Shown: positions 60,875-64,000 of the stretch, piece by piece
Numbering within the stretch: the stretch's first letter is position 1
How the letters are laid out: every line of letters starts with the position of its first letter
NCBI GenBank assembly: GCA_035708745.1
Contig: DASTFJ010000277.1
Coordinates: forward strand, 20,098 to 84,097
DNA length: 64,000 nt
Source of the DNA: Thermomicrobiales bacterium
GTDB lineage: Bacteria > Chloroflexota > Chloroflexia > Thermomicrobiales > UBA6265
Reading direction: 5' to 3'
The notes under the pieces: generated by a model
Told to the model about the DNA's origin: nothing
Seen by the model: only the letters and a program-made list of their open reading frames with translations
Database searches by the model: none
Translations under genes and position numbers: made by a program

Positions 60875-63520
60875 ATGATCGAGTTTCGTGACCACACGGT
60901 GTACCGCGGCCCGAACATCTGGGCGCGCATGCCGTCGCTCCGCTTTACCGTCGATATCGGCGAGCTCGAAGATCGGCCGACCAACAAAATTCCCGGCTTT
61001 TACGAACGCATCACTGAGCTCATCCCATCGCTCTATGAGCATCGCTGTTCGGTCGGCAAGCCCGGCGGGTTCCTCCAGCGCATGCGCGAAGGAACCTGGA
61101 TGGGACATGTGCTCGAGCACCTCGCGCTCGAGCTGCAAAATCTTGCCGGCGCCGAGGTCGTCCGAGGCAAGACCAGATCGACCAGCGAAAAAGGCGTCTA
61201 CAACGTCGTATTCGAATACTCGCAAGAAGACGTTGGCATCGCCGCGGGGGAGCTGGCCCGCCGCCTGCTGAATCATTTGGTCTATAACACAGAACCCGAT
61301 TTCGACTTCCAGGCCGAGCTGGAACAAACCGTCATCCGCACCGCAGAGCGGTTGGCCTATGGCCCATCGACCGGCGCGATCGTCTCCGAGGCCGAGCGGC
61401 GCAATATTCCCGTCATTCGCCTCGATCCCCGCCGCTCGCTCGTCCAGTTGGGTCACGGTGTCTACCAAAAGCGAATATGGGCCACCGTCACATCCGAAAC
61501 CTCGAACATCGCGGTCGATACCGCCAGCAACAAGGAGCTCACGAACAAGCTCCTGCACGAGGTCGGTATCCCCGTCCCACGGGGCGTCACCGTTCGCAAT
61601 GTCGACGACGCCGTACGCGAGGCGCGGCGCATCCGCTACCCGGTCGTCATCAAGCCGCTCGATGGCAATCACGGCCGTGGCGTCTGCATCAATCTCAAAG
61701 ACGAAGAAGAGGTTCGGGAATTCTTTCCAGCCGCGATGAGCCCATCGCGCACTGGGATCGTGGTGGTCGAGAGCTTCGTCGAGGGGCGCGATTATCGCAT
61801 CCTGGTCGTCAACAATCAGATGGTGGCCGTAGCTGAACGCGTCCCGGCCCATGTGGTTGGCGATGGCGAGCATACGATCGAACAATTGATCGAGATCACG
61901 AACAACGATCCCCGGCGCGGAATCGGTCACGAGAAGATCCTCACCCGCATCTCCATCGACGGACAGACCCTGGAAACCCTCGAGCGCGACAATCTGACGC
62001 TGGCGGATGTGCCAGACAAGGGCCAGGTCGTACCGCTCAAACGCACCGGCAACATGAGCACCGGCGGCACGTCGATTGACCGTACTGACGACATTCATCC
62101 TGACAATGAGGAAATTGCCCGTCAGGCCGCCATGGTGGTTGGGCTCGACATCGCCGGCATCGACTTCATCGTGCCCGATATCTCCAAATCGATCCGGCAA
62201 TCGGGCGGCGCGATCGTCGAAGTGAATGCCGGCCCCGGCTTCCGCATGCACACCAACCCAACCGAGGGGCATCCGCGCCATGTCGGTCGTGCGGTCGTCG
62301 ATATGCTCTTCCCGCCAGGTTCGACCTCCCGCGTGCCGATCGTTGCGGTCACCGGCACGAACGGAAAAACGACAACCGTCCGCATGATCTCCCACATCAT
62401 GAAGACCGCGGGGAGACGGGTCGGCATGACCACGACCGACGGCATCTACATCGATGGCACGCAGATCATGGCCGGCGATATGAGCGGTCCGACCAGCGCC
62501 AAGATGGTGTTGAAAAATCCCACGATCAACTACGCGGTCCTCGAAACGGCGCGCGGCGGCATCCTCCGCAGTGGGCTCGGCTTCGACCGGTGCGATATCG
62601 CCGTCGTCACCAATGTGACCAGCGACCATCTGGGACAACACGGCATCGAGACGATCTCCGATCTCGCGAAGGTCAAGGCAGTGGTCCCGCAATCGGTCTT
62701 TCGCGACGGGAAGTCGGTGCTCAACGCCGACAATGAATGGACCGTCGAAATGTCCCGCTATGCGCGAGGCGAGATTCTCTACTTCTCGATGCAGGAAGGA
62801 AATCCGGTCATCCGCGAGCATCTCCGCAACAAGGGCCGGGCGGTCATCTTGCGACAGGTTGCCGCCGGTGACATGATCACCATCATCGAAAACCGGCGCG
62901 AAACTAGTCTGCTCCTGGCCAGCCAAATCCCGGCGACGTTCGACGGACGCTTACGGGTGAATGTTGCCAACGCGCTGGCCGCGGTCACCGCCGCACTCGC
63001 CGACGATGTTCAGCTCGAATACATCCGCCAGGCGATGCGCACATTTACCTCGAGCTTCTATCAGACGCCTGGGCGCTTCAATCTGCTGGAGTTCCAGGGA
63101 CGCCGCATCATCATGGACTATTGCCACAATATCGGCGGTCTCGAATCGATGGCCGATTTTGTCCGACGCATGGAACCGGCGCGGGCGATCGCGGTGATTT
63201 CGATGCCCGGCGACCGGCTCGATGATGACATCGCCGCATTCGGCCGCCTTTCCGCCCAGACGTTCGATGAGCTAGTCATACGTGAAGATACGAACACCCG
63301 TGGCCGCCCATCCGGCGAGATCGCGGCTCGCCTCAAAGCAGCCGCGATGGACGCCGGACTTTCCGACGAGGCGATCACAATCGTCCTGGAAGAGATGGAT
63401 GCCGTGAAAACCGCCGTCGAACGGTCCGATCGTGACGATCTGGTCGTCCTTATGATCGACAAGCCAGCCCAAACCTGGGAAGAGCTCAACAGCCTGACCG
63501 GTGCCTTCACTTGGGGCTAG
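60875..63520 (+). CDS. cphA: Cyanophycin synthetase
   Basis: 881 aa. N-terminal domain (YRGPNIWA...MGHVLEHLALELQ), ATP-grasp domain (VVIKPLDGNHGRGV) and MurE-like domain (VTGTNGKTTT). Confidence 0.95.
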   Translation: MIEFRDHTVYRGPNIWARMPSLRFTVDIGELEDRPTNKIPGFYERITELIPSLYEHRCSVGKPGGFLQRMREGTWMGHVLEHLALELQNLAGAEVVRGKTRSTSEKGVYNVVFEYSQEDVGIAAGELARRLLNHLVYNTEPDFDFQAELEQTVIRTAERLAYGPSTGAIVSEAERRNIPVIRLDPRRSLVQLGHGVYQKRIWATVTSETSNIAVDTASNKELTNKLLHEVGIPVPRGVTVRNVDDAVREARRIRYPVVIKPLDGNHGRGVCINLKDEEEVREFFPAAMSPSRTGIVVVESFVEGRDYRILVVNNQMVAVAERVPAHVVGDGEHTIEQLIEITNNDPRRGIGHEKILTRISIDGQTLETLERDNLTLADVPDKGQVVPLKRTGNMSTGGTSIDRTDDIHPDNEEIARQAAMVVGLDIAGIDFIVPDISKSIRQSGGAIVEVNAGPGFRMHTNPTEGHPRHVGRAVVDMLFPPGSTSRVPIVAVTGTNGKTTTVRMISHIMKTAGRRVGMTTTDGIYIDGTQIMAGDMSGPTSAKMVLKNPTINYAVLETARGGILRSGLGFDRCDIAVVTNVTSDHLGQHGIETISDLAKVKAVVPQSVFRDGKSVLNADNEWTVEMSRYARGEILYFSMQEGNPVIREHLRNKGRAVILRQVAAGDMITIIENRRETSLLLASQIPATFDGRLRVNVANALAAVTAALADDVQLEYIRQAMRTFTSSFYQTPGRFNLLEFQGRRIIMDYCHNIGGLESMADFVRRMEPARAIAVISMPGDRLDDDIAAFGRLSAQTFDELVIREDTNTRGRPSGEIAARLKAAAMDAGLSDEAITIVLEEMDAVKTAVERSDRDDLVVLMIDKPAQTWEELNSLTGAFTWG

Positions 63521-63712
63521 ACGCTGTTCTTTCTCCGGAGTTCGAAACGCTGGATCTCGGCGCCCTCGTGCCAATTTCTCCGTGCTCGCTCATCTTGGGA
63601 ACGTTTGGCTGAAAATCCGACACTCGTGCCACTCCTCTCCATCGCGAGGACTTCGATGGCACGTCATTGCAGCGCGCAGGCAGTTCTTACTGCATCCGCT
63701 TCGAACCGAAGC

Positions 63713-63741
63713 TTGACAATTGCGAACATGAGTTCTAATAT
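63713..63741 (+). promoter_or_regulatory. Consensus-like sigma-70 promoter with a perfect LexA (Cheo) box in the spacer
   Basis: TTGACA at 63713-18, a 17-nt spacer containing CGAACATGAGTTCT at 63723-36 (GAAC-N4-GTTC), and TAATAT at 63736-41. Confidence 0.65.
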
Positions 63742-63747
63742 ATTGCT

Positions 63748-63897
63748 AAGCGGCACACTGGCGGATCGGTGCGGGCCTGGGCAGCGCCCGACTCATCCTG
63801 CCGTGTGCCAGCCCGCAGAACGCTGGCCGGGACAGCGGACCGTTTGCCAACGGTGCTCGCTCCCGGTGACGCATCGCCCGGGTCCCGGCGCTTTTGA
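63748..63897 (+). ncRNA. Candidate SOS-controlled structured RNA (leader or sRNA), copy 2 (hypothetical)
   Basis: The predicted 5' end AAGCGGCACACTGGCGGAT matches 26301-26319. Helices are GGCACAC/GTGTGCC (63752-58/63803-09) enclosing GGCAG/CTGCC, CGGGA/TCCCG enclosing ACCGTT/AACGGT, and a GC-rich hairpin followed by CTTTTG at 63875-63896. Confidence 0.35.
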
Positions 63898-64000
63898 ATT
63901 CACAGGTTCGTAAAGCGTGTCCTTGGTCGACCCCATCGGTGCATTCGATATTCCTAACCCCGATTATTCGTGAGGTGACACCACTGGCTCCAAGGCCGTA

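Noticed and set aside
59810-62926. 1038-aa ORF on the minus strand, the longest in the window
   Set aside because: It is entirely antisense to cyanophycinase and cyanophycin synthetase, which have unmistakable motifs. Its translation is low complexity (D/G/R/A-rich) with no recognisable domain. This is the typical GC-rich antisense artefact.

Overview
This is a high-GC bacterial chromosomal segment, gene-dense with about 60 protein genes, and almost entirely housekeeping. The gene content, the long Bacillus-type SRP RNA and the GTCATTCYGARC-type intergenic repeats suggest a Chloroflexota/Thermomicrobia-like organism, but that is inference only.

Confidently recognised genes by function:
- Translation: lepA, rpsT, efp, pth, tgt, hisS, rplS.
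- Replication and repair: holA, ruvC, uvrB, xseAB, a DinG-like helicase, rnhB, a YcaQ-like protein.
- Transcription: rpoD, rho, yebC.
- Envelope: murJ, alr, pgeF.
- Metabolism: fabF, acpS, accB, aroQ, glpX, sdhAB, moaA, moaB, galK, a split methylmalonyl-CoA mutase B12 subunit with meaB and hbd, and a fused homocysteine methyltransferase/MTHFR.
- Storage polymer: a cyanophycinase and cyanophycin synthetase pair.

Many genes are translationally coupled through ATGA overlaps. I saw no rRNA, tRNA, CRISPR array, transposase, integrase or recognisable defence system. One ncRNA is clear: a long Alu-domain SRP RNA on the minus strand at about 47338-47620.

I found no convincing novel protein-coding system. 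The most interesting unexplained signals are at the RNA or regulatory level:
1. Two LexA (Cheo-type GAAC-N4-GTTC) box promoters, at 26265 upstream of uvrB and at 63713 at the window edge. Their transcripts start with the same about 20 nt and share further motifs plus a hairpin closed by a compensatory helix.
2. An orphan strong intrinsic terminator with a candidate promoter, defining an RNA of about 130 nt upstream of rpoD.
3. An sdhA-sdhB operon with no sdhC/D but a tightly coupled unknown 3-TM protein.

Start codons are my own choices and are often uncertain by a few codons. The long ORFs antisense to real genes are GC artefacts.
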